A program made the translations under genes and the position numbers. DNA of 64,000 nucleotides from Candidatus Binatota bacterium (lineage in GTDB: Bacteria > Desulfobacterota > Binatia > UBA1149), in assembly GCA_012960245.1 (NCBI GenBank), contig DUBO01000051.1, positions 60,887-124,886 on the forward strand. Reading direction: 5' to 3'. Numbering within the stretch: the stretch's first letter is position 1; the number at the start of each line of letters is the position of its first letter. Below are positions 1 to 10,200 of the stretch, one piece after another. The notes below the pieces were generated by a model. That model was not told the DNA's origin. It did not search any database and worked only from the letters and a program-made list of their open reading frames with translations.

Positions 1-6
1 ACGGGC

Positions 7-3000
7 GTGATGATACGCCCGAACGATCCCGAGGGTGTGCACACGGTGCAGCGCGGTGCCGGTTGCTCCGTTGACGTCGGTGGCAATGTGATCAACAACT
101 GCAGCCCTGACGTCCGCTTTACCAACGATCCTTCCAACTACACCTTCAACCATCTAACGGGTGTACCCTGGTGCTTACCGAGTACCGTTGCTCGGGATTT
201 CACCGACGAGAACGGAAACGTAGTAACGGCTCAGTCCGACGTGTTTGGCGAGGGCGACGCTCTTTGCCCGGCCAGCAACAAGGACGACTTCGATCCCGCA
301 ACCACCAACTGGGTGGTCCCGGATTCGAGGCGCTTCGTGCCGTTGGCGGTGGGAGACCCCATAGGAGCAGATGGTAACTTCGAGACCGTTAACGGAGTAA
401 CGTTCTTCTCGGCCCACACCATAGTCATAGAGCTGTCCCCAACGACCCGGGATGACCCCAGCCAGCCCGACTACCTGCTGGTGGCTGAAGTCGGAGGCGA
501 CGTTTCTGGTTTTTCCAACGCACGCTTGAAGGGGATGGCCATAGGCATGGACAGTTTTGAGTCGCAGGTCGACGTGGCGGTGATCGACATCGATCCGGCG
601 ACCAACGAGGACAAGGCGCGCATTGTATTAAGCACGGTGGGTAATCCGCATACCGTTTGCATGGGAGTGAACCCGCTGCTGCCCCCCGGCGGCTTACCCG
701 GGGCCGTTCCCTGCTCCGTAGACAACGGCGGTAACATATTCAAGATCATTTTTGACGTTGATTTTGTTGTCGGGGTGGGCCCAAAACGTTCGTTTTGCAC
801 CAACCTGTTCAACGCCGGGCTGAGGGCCTCGGCAGTTTGCAGCCTGGGTGAGGAAGTCGCGACGTTCTTACCGATAACGCGCGAAATGATAATGGTCAGT
901 CGCCACCAGGCGGTTGTTAACGCAGCCGGCTCCGGCTCTCTCAACATAAACGGAAATCCGGCCGTCCACGGTGAGTATCTGTCGCCGCAAGGCGTAGGTC
1001 ATCCCGAGTTCGACGAAGTGACTTTGACTAGTGTAGGCACTGCCTTTCAGTTTGACGGTATTCCCTGGAACCTCGACCGGCGCCTGGGCCCGGGTGGCTG
1101 CGTGGACACCGACGGCGACGACGAGGTCGATTGCGAGAGCCTGGTTGACTTTCCGGTGGGTAGCTTTGGCCTGGATCCTTTTCCTTGGGATCCGTTGGAT
1201 CCCAGGGTGCGTGGTCCCCGCCTGGACGGCGACAATGTTGACTTACCGCTGGGGAGTGCACACCGCGTTCTGAGTCACTGGCCCCACAGTCCCGGCGCGG
1301 CCGCGGTGGTCGACGCCCAGGGGAATGTAATAACTCCAGCGATTGCGCCCGACCAGATTCCGTGGCCGCCTGCAACGGCTGCAGGACAAGAAGGGGGAGT
1401 TCTCGACTGTAGTGACGGTGACCCCTGCACGGTTGATTCCTGCGATGAGCATGAAGGCTGCTCGCATGTGCCCTCGACGGGTGACAATTGCGACGACGGA
1501 GACGCCTGCACATTGGGCGACGTCTGTAACGCCGGTGTGTGTGAATCCGGATCGCTTGATTGCACCGATAACACTTGCACGGCCACGTGCGACGACGGCA
1601 ACGACTGCACGGACGACGGTTGTGCTGCCGGTGCCTGCACGACGACCAACAACGTGGTGCTTTGCGACGATGGAGATGAGTGCACGACGGGCGACAGCTG
1701 CAACGGCGCCGGTGTTTGCACGGGAGGCGTTCCGCCGATCTGTGACGACGGCGATCCCTGCACGGCCGACAGCTGCGATTCGCTGCTCGGATGCGTTGAT
1801 TCCTTCGCGGCAAGCGGCACCTCCTGCGATGACGGCGACGCTTGCACGAGCAATGACCAGTGCGACGGGCTTGGTGACTGCCAGGGGGGCGGGGCTACCG
1901 GCTGCGACGATAGCAATCCCTGCACCGACGATTTCTGTAACTCCGCGGGAGGTTGCTTGAATGTATCCAACTCCGCGCAATGCTCAGACGGCGACGCGTG
2001 CACGGTGGACGACCTGTGTTTAGGCGGACTGTGTGTTTCCGGAGCCACGGACGACTGTGACGATGGTGACATCTGTACGGTTGATAGTTGCGATGCGGTT
2101 GGCGGTTGCGCCAACACTTTCGCTGGCGGGGCTTGCGACGATAACAACCCCTGCACCGACGATGTGTGCGACGCTTTAGGCGGTTGCGTGAGTACGGCCA
2201 ACGCGGCTTCTTGCGACGACGGTGACCCTTGCACTACTGGAGATAGTTGCCAGGCGGGCGCCTGCGTTGGCGGAGGTCCGACCGACTGCAGTGACGACAA
2301 CGTCTGCACCGACGACAGTTGCGGCGTGGGTGGCTGTGTACACACTGCCAACGTTGCCGCTTGTGACGACGGCAACGACTGCAACACGACCGACTTGTGC
2401 ACCAATGGGGTATGCGTTGGTAGCGGCACCCCGAATTGCGATGATTTGAACCTGTGTACTTTCGATTCCTGCGACCCGATCTTGGGTTGTACCAACGATC
2501 CCAACACGTCGGCCTGCGACGACGGCGACGCCTGCACGGAGAACGATACTTGCGCTAACAGCGGATGCTCGGGCTCGGTGGTTGCGCCTGCCTGCGGCAA
2601 CGGTTGCATAGAAGCCACAGAGACCTGCGGCGAGCCCGACATGGTGGGCTGCGTTTTGGGCGAGACTTGTGGCGCTGCGTGTACCTGCGAGGCCCAGAAC
2701 TGTGCCGTCCTGTTGATGACCGGCCCGCCGGCCCTGCCAGCTGCCGGCCAGCCGCTGGTGCTCTTCGTGAAGCTCAACGTAGGGACGATCCCCTTGGGTA
2801 GCTATGCTGTAGACCTGTCCTGGGATCCGGTTGTGTTGCAGCTCGACTCGGTAGCGGGTGGCAGTAATGCGCAATTCGGTGGAGCGCCTACCTGCAACAT
2901 AAACAACGCGGCCGGCACGGCCAGCTGTGTTGGTTTGAACGCCTCGGCGCTGAACCTCCCGTTTGGCGAGGTGCAAGTGGCTAACCTCAACATGACCGTT

Positions 3001-6000
3001 GTAGACGCGTCGGCCGGCGAGGCCACCGTGTCGGTGACCGCGGGCGTGATGAGCGATACCGCGGGCGACCCGCTTCCGGCTTGCAACGCGAGTGCTGACC
3101 TGACCGTGCTTAGTGGTTGCGGCGACGTTAACGGTGACAGCAACGTCAACATTGTCGATGCCCTGCTCACGGCCCAGTTCCAGGTCGGGCTGCGAACATG
3201 CAGCCAGATGGCCCGCTACGACGCCTGCGACATCTCGCCTGCGCCCACCGGCGACGGCTCATGTAACATTGCCGACGCGTTGAGGATGGCCCAGTGCAGT
3301 GTTGGCTTGATATCCTGCGACTTCGTCTGTTCGCCCCTGGTGTGCTCTGAACCAGCGGGCGCCATGATGATAGACCTCGGCGGCGAGACCGCGGATCTTC
3401 ACCTGCCCAGCGGGCAGGCGGAGGTCAGCATCTCGCTGCCCGGGGGTACCCCGAGCCCCGGGCAGGTGATAACAGGCGAGCTGGTCATCGACACCGGCTC
3501 GTCCCTGGGTGCGTACGGGATCGACATAATCTGCGATCCCGCACTCATGAGGATCGTGCCTCCGGTGGCGGGGGGCACCACGGGGGAGTTTTCGGGCTCG
3601 CCCGTGCAGAACGTTTCGGGCTGCAGCGCCAGCCTGAGTGGCTTCCAGTTCTCTAACCTCGCCGGTCCCAGCGGACTTGTGAGCGTGGCCAGCGTGCAGT
3701 TCGAAGTCCTGGCCTCGGCCACCCCGGGCGGCACCAGCCTGGTTGACCTGGCTACCACAGTGATGGTGGATACTAGCGGAAACCCTATTTTAGCCACCGA
3801 TCTTGATAGCACGGTAACTATCGGTGGCGGCTGCGGAAACGGAACACTTGAACTCGGCGAGCAGTGCGACGACGACAACAATGTCAACGGCGATTGCTGC
3901 TCGGCCTCCTGTAACTTCGAAGTCGGATCATGCTTCGACGGCGACTCCTGCACCACCGGCGATACCTGCCAATCAGGTTCCTGCGTGGCTGGAGCAACCC
4001 TTGATTGCGACGACAATAATCTTTGTACCGACGATAGCTGTGATTCTTTGAGCGGCTGCGTGAACGTGGCCAACACGGTTTCCTGCGACGATGGCGATGC
4101 CTGCACCGAGAGCGACGTGTGCTCGGGTGGAAGCTGCCAGTCCGGCGCGGCGGCCGACTGTAGCGACGGTAATATCTGCACCGTTGACTCCTGCAACTCT
4201 GCTTCAGGCTGCCAGAATCAGCCTTCTAACGCGGCCTGCGACGATGAAAATGCTTGCACCGACGACAGCTGCGCGGCCAATGCCTGCAGCAGCACGCCCA
4301 ACTCGGCCTCCTGTGACGACGGTGACGCTTGCACCACTACTGACACCTGCGCGGCGGGTAGCTGCTCGGGTTCGGCCGTAGACTGCGACGACGCCAACTT
4401 GTGCACTACCGATTCCTGTGATGCTGCCAGCGGTTGTGCGTACGCGGCCAACTCGCTCGCCTGCGACGACGGGGTCAACTGTACCACCGGCGATACCTGC
4501 TCTGCTGGAATCTGCCAGGCTGGTGCTCCGGTAGTCTGTAACGACGGTGACGTCTGTACCGACGACCAGTGCAACGAGGCCGACGGAACCTGCTCCAGTT
4601 TTGCTAACACGGGGCCAGCCTGCGATGACGGCGATGCCTGCACCACGGGCGACGCCTGCTTCGGCGGCAACTGTGTGGGTGGCGCGGCGCCGGACTGCGG
4701 CGACGGCAACGTTTGCACTGATGACGTTTGTAACTCGGCCAGCGGTTGCTCCAACCCGGCCAACACGGTTGCCTGCAACGACGGTGACGCCTGCACCACC
4801 GCTGACACCTGTTCTGCGGGTTCCTGCGTGGGCGGAGCGGCTCCCGATTGCAACGACAGTGATCTTTGCACTGCCGACAGCTGCGACTCGGGCTCGGGCT
4901 GCGTGAACACGGATATATCGGCTGACTGTGGCGACGCTAACGTCTGCACTACCGACAGCTGCGATGCGATCCAGGGTTGCATAAACGCGCCCAACACGGT
5001 GGCTTGTGACGACGGTGATGCCTGCACACAGGTAGACAGCTGCGATGGCGCTGGCGCCTGCGCTGGATCTGACCCGGTGCTGTGTACGGCCAGTGACCAG
5101 TGCCACGACGCGGGCAGCTGTGCCCCGGCCAGTGGCCAGTGCAGTGACCCTGCTTCGGCTGACGGTACGCCCTGTGATGATGGCAACGCCTGCACGACCA
5201 ACGACAGCTGCCAGTCCGGCACCTGTGTCGGCGGCGCGGCACCGAACTGTGACGACACTAACGTCTGCACTACCGACAGCTGCGATGCAGCCAGCGGTTG
5301 CCAGCACGTGCCGGTGGCGCTGTCTTGCGATGACGGCGATGCGTGCACGGTTGCCGATTCGTGCAGCGGCGGCGTCTGCTCGGGTACGACTCGTGATTGC
5401 AACGACAGCAACGGCTGCACAAACGACAGTTGCGATCCGGCCTCGGGTTGCGCCAGCGTTGACAACACAGCGCCATGTGATGACGGAAACGCCTGCACCA
5501 CGAGTGACACCTGCGCCGGTAGTTTCTGCGTTGGTGGAGTAGCTCCTGAATGCAACGACGGCAATGGTTGCACCACCGACAGTTGCGACACAGCGTCGGG
5601 CTGCCTTTACTTGGATAACTCGCTCGCCTGTGATGACGGTAACGCCTGCACGGACAACGACAGCTGCTCAAGTGGGCAGTGCCAGGGCGGCGGAGCTGCG
5701 AACTGCGACGACTCCAACTCTTGCACGGTTGATCTGTGCGACTCGGCTACCGGTTGCCAGCACTTCAACGTAGCCATCGCGTGCGATGACGGCAACGCCT
5801 GCACGACCGACGACCAGTGCAGTAGCGGTGCTTGCGTAGGCGGCGCCCCGCCCAACTGCAACGATTCAAACGTTTGCACTGACGATAGCTGCGATGCCGG
5901 CCTGGGCTGCGTAAACACAAACAACACGGCCCAGTGCTCAGACGGCGACGCTTGCACCACCAGCGATATCTGTTCGGCTGGCAATTGCGGCGGTACCGAC

Positions 6001-6996
6001 ACGTCGGCGAGCGATTGTGATGACAGTAATGTGTGCACCACTGACAGCTGCAACGCGGTTTCTGGTTGCGCCAACGTGGTCAACGCGGTGGCTTGCGACG
6101 ACGGAGACACTTGCACGACGGTTGATCTCTGTGTCGATGGAGCCTGCGTGGGTACGGTTCCGCCCGATTGCGACGACACCAACGGTTGCACGGACGATAC
6201 CTGTGACAGTGCTACCGGTTGCGTGAGCACCGACAACACGGCCTCCTGCGAGGACGGCAACGCCTGCACAAGGGACGATACCTGCCAGGCGGGATCCTGT
6301 GTGGGCGGTGCGGCGCCCGACTGCGACGACGATAACGAGTGCACGGAGGATACCTGTGACGCTGCCTCGGGCTGCGCGCACGGTAACAACACCAGTAGTT
6401 GCGACGACGGCGATTCCACCTCGGTGGGTGACCAGTGCTTAGCGGGCAGCTGCGTGTCGGGTAACTTCGGCTGCCCGGCAGCCCCGGCGCCCGACTGCAC
6501 CCAGCCTTACTTCGAGCGTAAGTCCAAGCTGCTGCTTAAGAACAACAGCCTGGACAGCAAGGACAAGTTGCTCTGGAAATGGGCCAAAGGTGGTGCCACG
6601 ACCACGGCAGATATGGGCGACCCATCGGCCACTACCGAGCACGCACTGTGCATCTGGGACGAGGTAGGCGGTACGCCCGCCCTGGTCATGGAAAACCACG
6701 TCCTGCCGGGCAACGGTTGGCAAGTATCGGCTTCGGGCATTCAGTACAAGGACCGCGTAGGCGCTCCGGACGGCGTGGCTAAGCTGAAGATGAAGGCCGG
6801 GCCCGACGGCAAGGCCAAGATCCTGATCAAGGCCAAGGGCGCCGCCACGGGTCTTGCGGCCATGCCGCTGTCGCTGGACGACAAGCTTACAGTGCAGTTG
6901 GTGAACAACTCGGGCGGATGCTGGCAGTCGGATTTCGCTGCGCCGACCTCGCGTAATAACCCGGCATTGTTCAAGGGAATTTCTTCCTTCAGGTGA
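7..6996 (+). CDS. Giant secreted modular protein, probably 5'-truncated at the window edge. It has an unknown N-domain, CTDC-type Cys-rich repeat block 1, cohesin-like domain 1, a dockerin-like module, cohesin-like domain 2, CTDC repeat block 2 (about 35 units), and a conserved ~170-aa C-terminal domain shared with the next gene.
   Basis: The 2329-aa ORF is open to nt 1 (GTG at 7, no upstream stop, no signal peptide), so it is likely partial. Tandem 24-25-aa repeats of the form CDDGxACTxxDxC...GC fit the Dictyostelium CTDC (PF00526-like) spacing. One unit at ~3826 is CGNGxxExGEQCDDDNNVNGDCC, which is myxo disulfide-repeat-like. A DVNGDSNVNIVDALL dockerin Ca-loop lies at 3124. LSWDPVVLQLDSVAGG and GIDIICDPALMRIVPPVAGG are cohesin-like beta-sandwich motifs. 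The C-terminal KLLWKWAKG...CWQSDF block aligns with the C-terminus of the 7263..12509 protein. Confidence 0.8.
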   Translation: MMIRPNDPEGVHTVQRGAGCSVDVGGNVINNCSPDVRFTNDPSNYTFNHLTGVPWCLPSTVARDFTDENGNVVTAQSDVFGEGDALCPASNKDDFDPATTNWVVPDSRRFVPLAVGDPIGADGNFETVNGVTFFSAHTIVIELSPTTRDDPSQPDYLLVAEVGGDVSGFSNARLKGMAIGMDSFESQVDVAVIDIDPATNEDKARIVLSTVGNPHTVCMGVNPLLPPGGLPGAVPCSVDNGGNIFKIIFDVDFVVGVGPKRSFCTNLFNAGLRASAVCSLGEEVATFLPITREMIMVSRHQAVVNAAGSGSLNINGNPAVHGEYLSPQGVGHPEFDEVTLTSVGTAFQFDGIPWNLDRRLGPGGCVDTDGDDEVDCESLVDFPVGSFGLDPFPWDPLDPRVRGPRLDGDNVDLPLGSAHRVLSHWPHSPGAAAVVDAQGNVITPAIAPDQIPWPPATAAGQEGGVLDCSDGDPCTVDSCDEHEGCSHVPSTGDNCDDGDACTLGDVCNAGVCESGSLDCTDNTCTATCDDGNDCTDDGCAAGACTTTNNVVLCDDGDECTTGDSCNGAGVCTGGVPPICDDGDPCTADSCDSLLGCVDSFAASGTSCDDGDACTSNDQCDGLGDCQGGGATGCDDSNPCTDDFCNSAGGCLNVSNSAQCSDGDACTVDDLCLGGLCVSGATDDCDDGDICTVDSCDAVGGCANTFAGGACDDNNPCTDDVCDALGGCVSTANAASCDDGDPCTTGDSCQAGACVGGGPTDCSDDNVCTDDSCGVGGCVHTANVAACDDGNDCNTTDLCTNGVCVGSGTPNCDDLNLCTFDSCDPILGCTNDPNTSACDDGDACTENDTCANSGCSGSVVAPACGNGCIEATETCGEPDMVGCVLGETCGAACTCEAQNCAVLLMTGPPALPAAGQPLVLFVKLNVGTIPLGSYAVDLSWDPVVLQLDSVAGGSNAQFGGAPTCNINNAAGTASCVGLNASALNLPFGEVQVANLNMTVVDASAGEATVSVTAGVMSDTAGDPLPACNASADLTVLSGCGDVNGDSNVNIVDALLTAQFQVGLRTCSQMARYDACDISPAPTGDGSCNIADALRMAQCSVGLISCDFVCSPLVCSEPAGAMMIDLGGETADLHLPSGQAEVSISLPGGTPSPGQVITGELVIDTGSSLGAYGIDIICDPALMRIVPPVAGGTTGEFSGSPVQNVSGCSASLSGFQFSNLAGPSGLVSVASVQFEVLASATPGGTSLVDLATTVMVDTSGNPILATDLDSTVTIGGGCGNGTLELGEQCDDDNNVNGDCCSASCNFEVGSCFDGDSCTTGDTCQSGSCVAGATLDCDDNNLCTDDSCDSLSGCVNVANTVSCDDGDACTESDVCSGGSCQSGAAADCSDGNICTVDSCNSASGCQNQPSNAACDDENACTDDSCAANACSSTPNSASCDDGDACTTTDTCAAGSCSGSAVDCDDANLCTTDSCDAASGCAYAANSLACDDGVNCTTGDTCSAGICQAGAPVVCNDGDVCTDDQCNEADGTCSSFANTGPACDDGDACTTGDACFGGNCVGGAAPDCGDGNVCTDDVCNSASGCSNPANTVACNDGDACTTADTCSAGSCVGGAAPDCNDSDLCTADSCDSGSGCVNTDISADCGDANVCTTDSCDAIQGCINAPNTVACDDGDACTQVDSCDGAGACAGSDPVLCTASDQCHDAGSCAPASGQCSDPASADGTPCDDGNACTTNDSCQSGTCVGGAAPNCDDTNVCTTDSCDAASGCQHVPVALSCDDGDACTVADSCSGGVCSGTTRDCNDSNGCTNDSCDPASGCASVDNTAPCDDGNACTTSDTCAGSFCVGGVAPECNDGNGCTTDSCDTASGCLYLDNSLACDDGNACTDNDSCSSGQCQGGGAANCDDSNSCTVDLCDSATGCQHFNVAIACDDGNACTTDDQCSSGACVGGAPPNCNDSNVCTDDSCDAGLGCVNTNNTAQCSDGDACTTSDICSAGNCGGTDTSASDCDDSNVCTTDSCNAVSGCANVVNAVACDDGDTCTTVDLCVDGACVGTVPPDCDDTNGCTDDTCDSATGCVSTDNTASCEDGNACTRDDTCQAGSCVGGAAPDCDDDNECTEDTCDAASGCAHGNNTSSCDDGDSTSVGDQCLAGSCVSGNFGCPAAPAPDCTQPYFERKSKLLLKNNSLDSKDKLLWKWAKGGATTTADMGDPSATTEHALCIWDEVGGTPALVMENHVLPGNGWQVSASGIQYKDRVGAPDGVAKLKMKAGPDGKAKILIKAKGAATGLAAMPLSLDDKLTVQLVNNSGGCWQSDFAAPTSRNNPALFKGISSFR
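1400..2575 (+). repeat. CTDC-type Cys-rich coding tandem repeat block 1 (about 15 units of ~72-75 nt) inside the giant protein gene
   Basis: Read directly from the translation: a repeating CxDGDxCTxxDxC / CDDxNxCTxDSCDxxxGC pattern. Confidence 0.8.
3826..6475 (+). repeat. CTDC-type Cys-rich coding tandem repeat block 2 (about 35 units, organised as a ~150-nt super-repeat of two alternating subtypes)
   Basis: The motif ...CDDGDACTTxDTCxAGSCVGGAAPDCDDxNxCTTDSCDAASGC... is reiterated with highly similar nucleotide sequence. Confidence 0.85.
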
Positions 6997-7262
6997 CACG
7001 GCGAACTGGTGATTGTTCACCCGCCGCGTCGCCCAGGGGGGGCGAGTCGACGTCGGCCTGCCTTTGGCAACGGGGATGCCAGGGCAGCCGCGTCGACGAA
7101 GGATCCCGAAACCGGCAGAGCAGACGCTACAGCGTTTAACCGTGACGCATAATTACCCGTTCGGGGGGCGAGACAGTTTCCGAAATGGGGGCTAACGTCA
7201 TTAGCAAGGATAGTCAGGGGGGGGGTCCTCCGATGTTCTAAGTTTTTTGGAGGTCTTGTTCG

Positions 7263-10200
7263 ATGTTTGTATTCTCGGTTGTTACTAACGGTTTCTTTTC
7301 TCGTGCTGCTGTCTCGACAGCAGCCCTGGCCCTTATTCTCGGCTCGGCCGCTACGGCATTCTCACAGCCGGCACCGCCGCCTGCAGGTGAACCGTTGTTT
7401 GCCCCTCCACCGTCGTCGCTCAAGACGGCACTGGTTCCCGAACCGTCGACGCTCGCCGAGTACGTTGTCGACAAGCAGGCCGCCATCACCCTGGGGAAGG
7501 CCCTTTTCTGGGACATGCAGGTGGGCAGTGACGGGGTGCAGGCCTGCGCTTCCTGCCACTTCAGCGCGGGCGCCGACAGCCGCGATAAAAACACCGTTAG
7601 CCCAGGCCCCAACGGGGTGTTTGACAGCCTGGGGCCCAACGGGACGCTGACCGCTGCCGACTTTCCATTTACGAGTTTTGCCGACAACGACAACCGCCTC
7701 TCGACTCGTATTCACTCTGACGATGTCGTCGGTTCGCAGGGCGTTCACAAGGTCGATTTCCTTGACGTAGTGCTCGGTAGTCCCCTGGCCTTCGACCAGG
7801 GAACCGTGCTGCTCGACCCCACCTTCCAGGTTGGCGGGGTAAACACCCGGCAGTCAACCGGCCGCAACACCCCGTCGACCATTAACGCGGTATTCAACTG
7901 GCGTAACTTTTGGGACGGTCGTGCCCAGCCGCTCTTCAACGGTGTCAACCCCGGTGGCGCACACGATCCGTCAGCCCGCGTGATCGAAATACTCGCTGGT
8001 AGCGACGGTGTCCTCGGTACCCTAGACGACACCGTAGAGGCGGTGTCGGTGCTCATAGACAACGCCAGTCTTGCTTCGCAGGCGGTGGGTCCTCCCAACA
8101 GCGAAGTAGAGATGGCCTGGGCTGGGCGTATTTTTCCCAAGATAGGTAAGAAGATGCTTGCGCCCGGAATCATTCCGCTGGCCAAACAGCTGGTTCACTC
8201 CAGTGATAGCGTGCTGGGCGCGCTGGCCAAGACCAACACCAACCCCAACCTTCCGGGCCTCGATGCGAGCTACGAGACGCTCATACAGCAGGCTTTTGCG
8301 CCCCAGTGGTGGGATTCGGACAAGGTCGTGACTTTTCCCGGGACGGTTGCCTGTGGCGACACGCTCGGCATCGATGCCTCCACCTGCGCGGGCTTCCCGA
8401 CCATTTCTGATCCCACCGGTGCGCTGCTGACAACGAATGAGTACACGTTGATGGAGGCCAACTTTTCGCTTTTCTGGGGACTGGCTGTGCAGTTATACGA
8501 GGCCACCCTGGTATCGGACGACTCGCGTTTTGACCAATTCATGGACGGCGGCGGCATAGGCGGCAACACCGAGCACCTGCTCAACGCCGAGGAGAGGTTG
8601 GGCCTGGATGTTTTTCGCAACATCGGCTTCGCGCCGGGCGTCAGCGCCGGGCTCTGCGTAGGTTGCCACGTGGGCGCGGAGATGACGGCCGCGGCTACCG
8701 CTGCCATCAACTCGCTGGAGCCTTTTTTCCCGGGTGAACCGCCTCCCGTGCCCGAGTTACCGGTCGAGCAGATGCTCATGGCCTTCGGCGTGGGGCTCAA
8801 CAATCTGAACTTCCAGACAGATCCGCTGGCCATACTGACGCCCGAGTTTGCCGGGGTTCTGACCTTTGACCCGCGAGGATCGTTGATGCAGATCACACAG
8901 GACTCGGTGCCCACCGGCGCCTGCAACCTGGACGGGAGCTGCCCCAATGTCACCACAGCCGGTTTCGACGGAGTGCCGGGTACCGGTGACGACGGCAGTG
9001 TTCCCCAGCATTGCACCTGCAACAATTTTGACACAGCGACCCAGACCTGTGTTTCCGAGGGATGTGCGCCGGCCATTTTTACCCGCGACTACCTCGGTAC
9101 CCCCGGCCAGACCCAGCTGGGTGCGACCCCCCCCGCCGACTGCGGCGTGGGGTCGACCCTGAGCGCCCAGCTGTTTCCTACCGGCGCCGGTTCGCTCGTA
9201 AACCCCTTGTCGTTCGCCAGCGCGCTGTTCGTGCAGCAGCCTGACTGCGCGGCCGACCTGTCGACCGGTACGCTCGGCCTCGCGCCGGGCGACTACAGCT
9301 TTTTTGTAGACGGCATAAACCGCGGCACCATGCGCGTGATTGCCGACGTGATCTATGACTTCGGCTTCTACAACATTGCAGTGACCCCGACCTTCGACGA
9401 CGTGGGCGTGGGTGGCGATTCGCCTCCAGGTCAGCCGATATCGGTTGCCAGGCGCGCGGTCATGATGGCCGACGGAGAGCCTTGCGGCCAGGACCCCATT
9501 AACAACCCGCTGGTCTGCGACATGCCCGAACTCACGGGCGCGTTCTGCCTGCCCGGTGTGAGTGGCAACTGCACCATCCAGGATCCGTCGTTCGTGGCGC
9601 CCGGCACTCTCGAAGTGGTTGACGGTGCCTTCAAGGTGCCCCAGCTGCGCAACGTGGAACTGACTGGTCCGTACTTTCACAACGGTGGCAAGGGCACCCT
9701 CGGCCAGGTCGTTGATTTCTACAACCGTGGAGGCGACTTCCACGAGGACAACCTTCTGGAACTGGCACCGGAGATAATCTTTCTTGCCATGCCCCAGGTT
9801 GACCGCGACGCGTTGGTGGCCTTTCTCAAGACGCTCACCGACGAAAGGGTGCGCTACGAGGCAGCTCCCTTTGACCATCCGGAAATTTCGATACCCGTTG
9901 GCCAGGTTGGTGATGACCTCGCCGTGAGCGACACCAACTTTGACGGTAACGCTGACGATGTCTTCATGCACCTGGCAGCCGTTGGCGCACCGGGTAACTG
10001 CACGGGCGTAGACGGCTCAGCTCGCAGCTGTGATGACAACAACTCGTGCACAGATGACAGCTGCGTGCCCGAGTTCGGTTGCGTGAACGCACCCAATACA
10101 GCGCTCTGTAATGATGGTGACTCCTGCACCACGGCCGACCAGTGTGATGGAGCCGGCGGTTGTGCGGGCGTAGACACATCGCTGGTCGATTGTGACGACG

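Noticed and set aside
1275-5591. Long antisense ORFs inside the first giant gene (for example 1275..2777 -, 4218..5591 -, 4204..5307 -, 5607..6500 -) that encode S/P/Q/A-rich low-complexity proteins
   Set aside because: They are exactly antisense to the Cys-repeat coding array. A high-GC, repeat-rich sense frame with its characteristic Cys/Asp codon pattern generates open antisense frames. They have no start or RBS context and no motifs.
1400-6475. Possibility that the regular ~75/150-nt repeats represent a CRISPR array
   Set aside because: The units are in-frame coding repeats (Cys framework conserved, no unique spacers). No cas genes and no leader are present.
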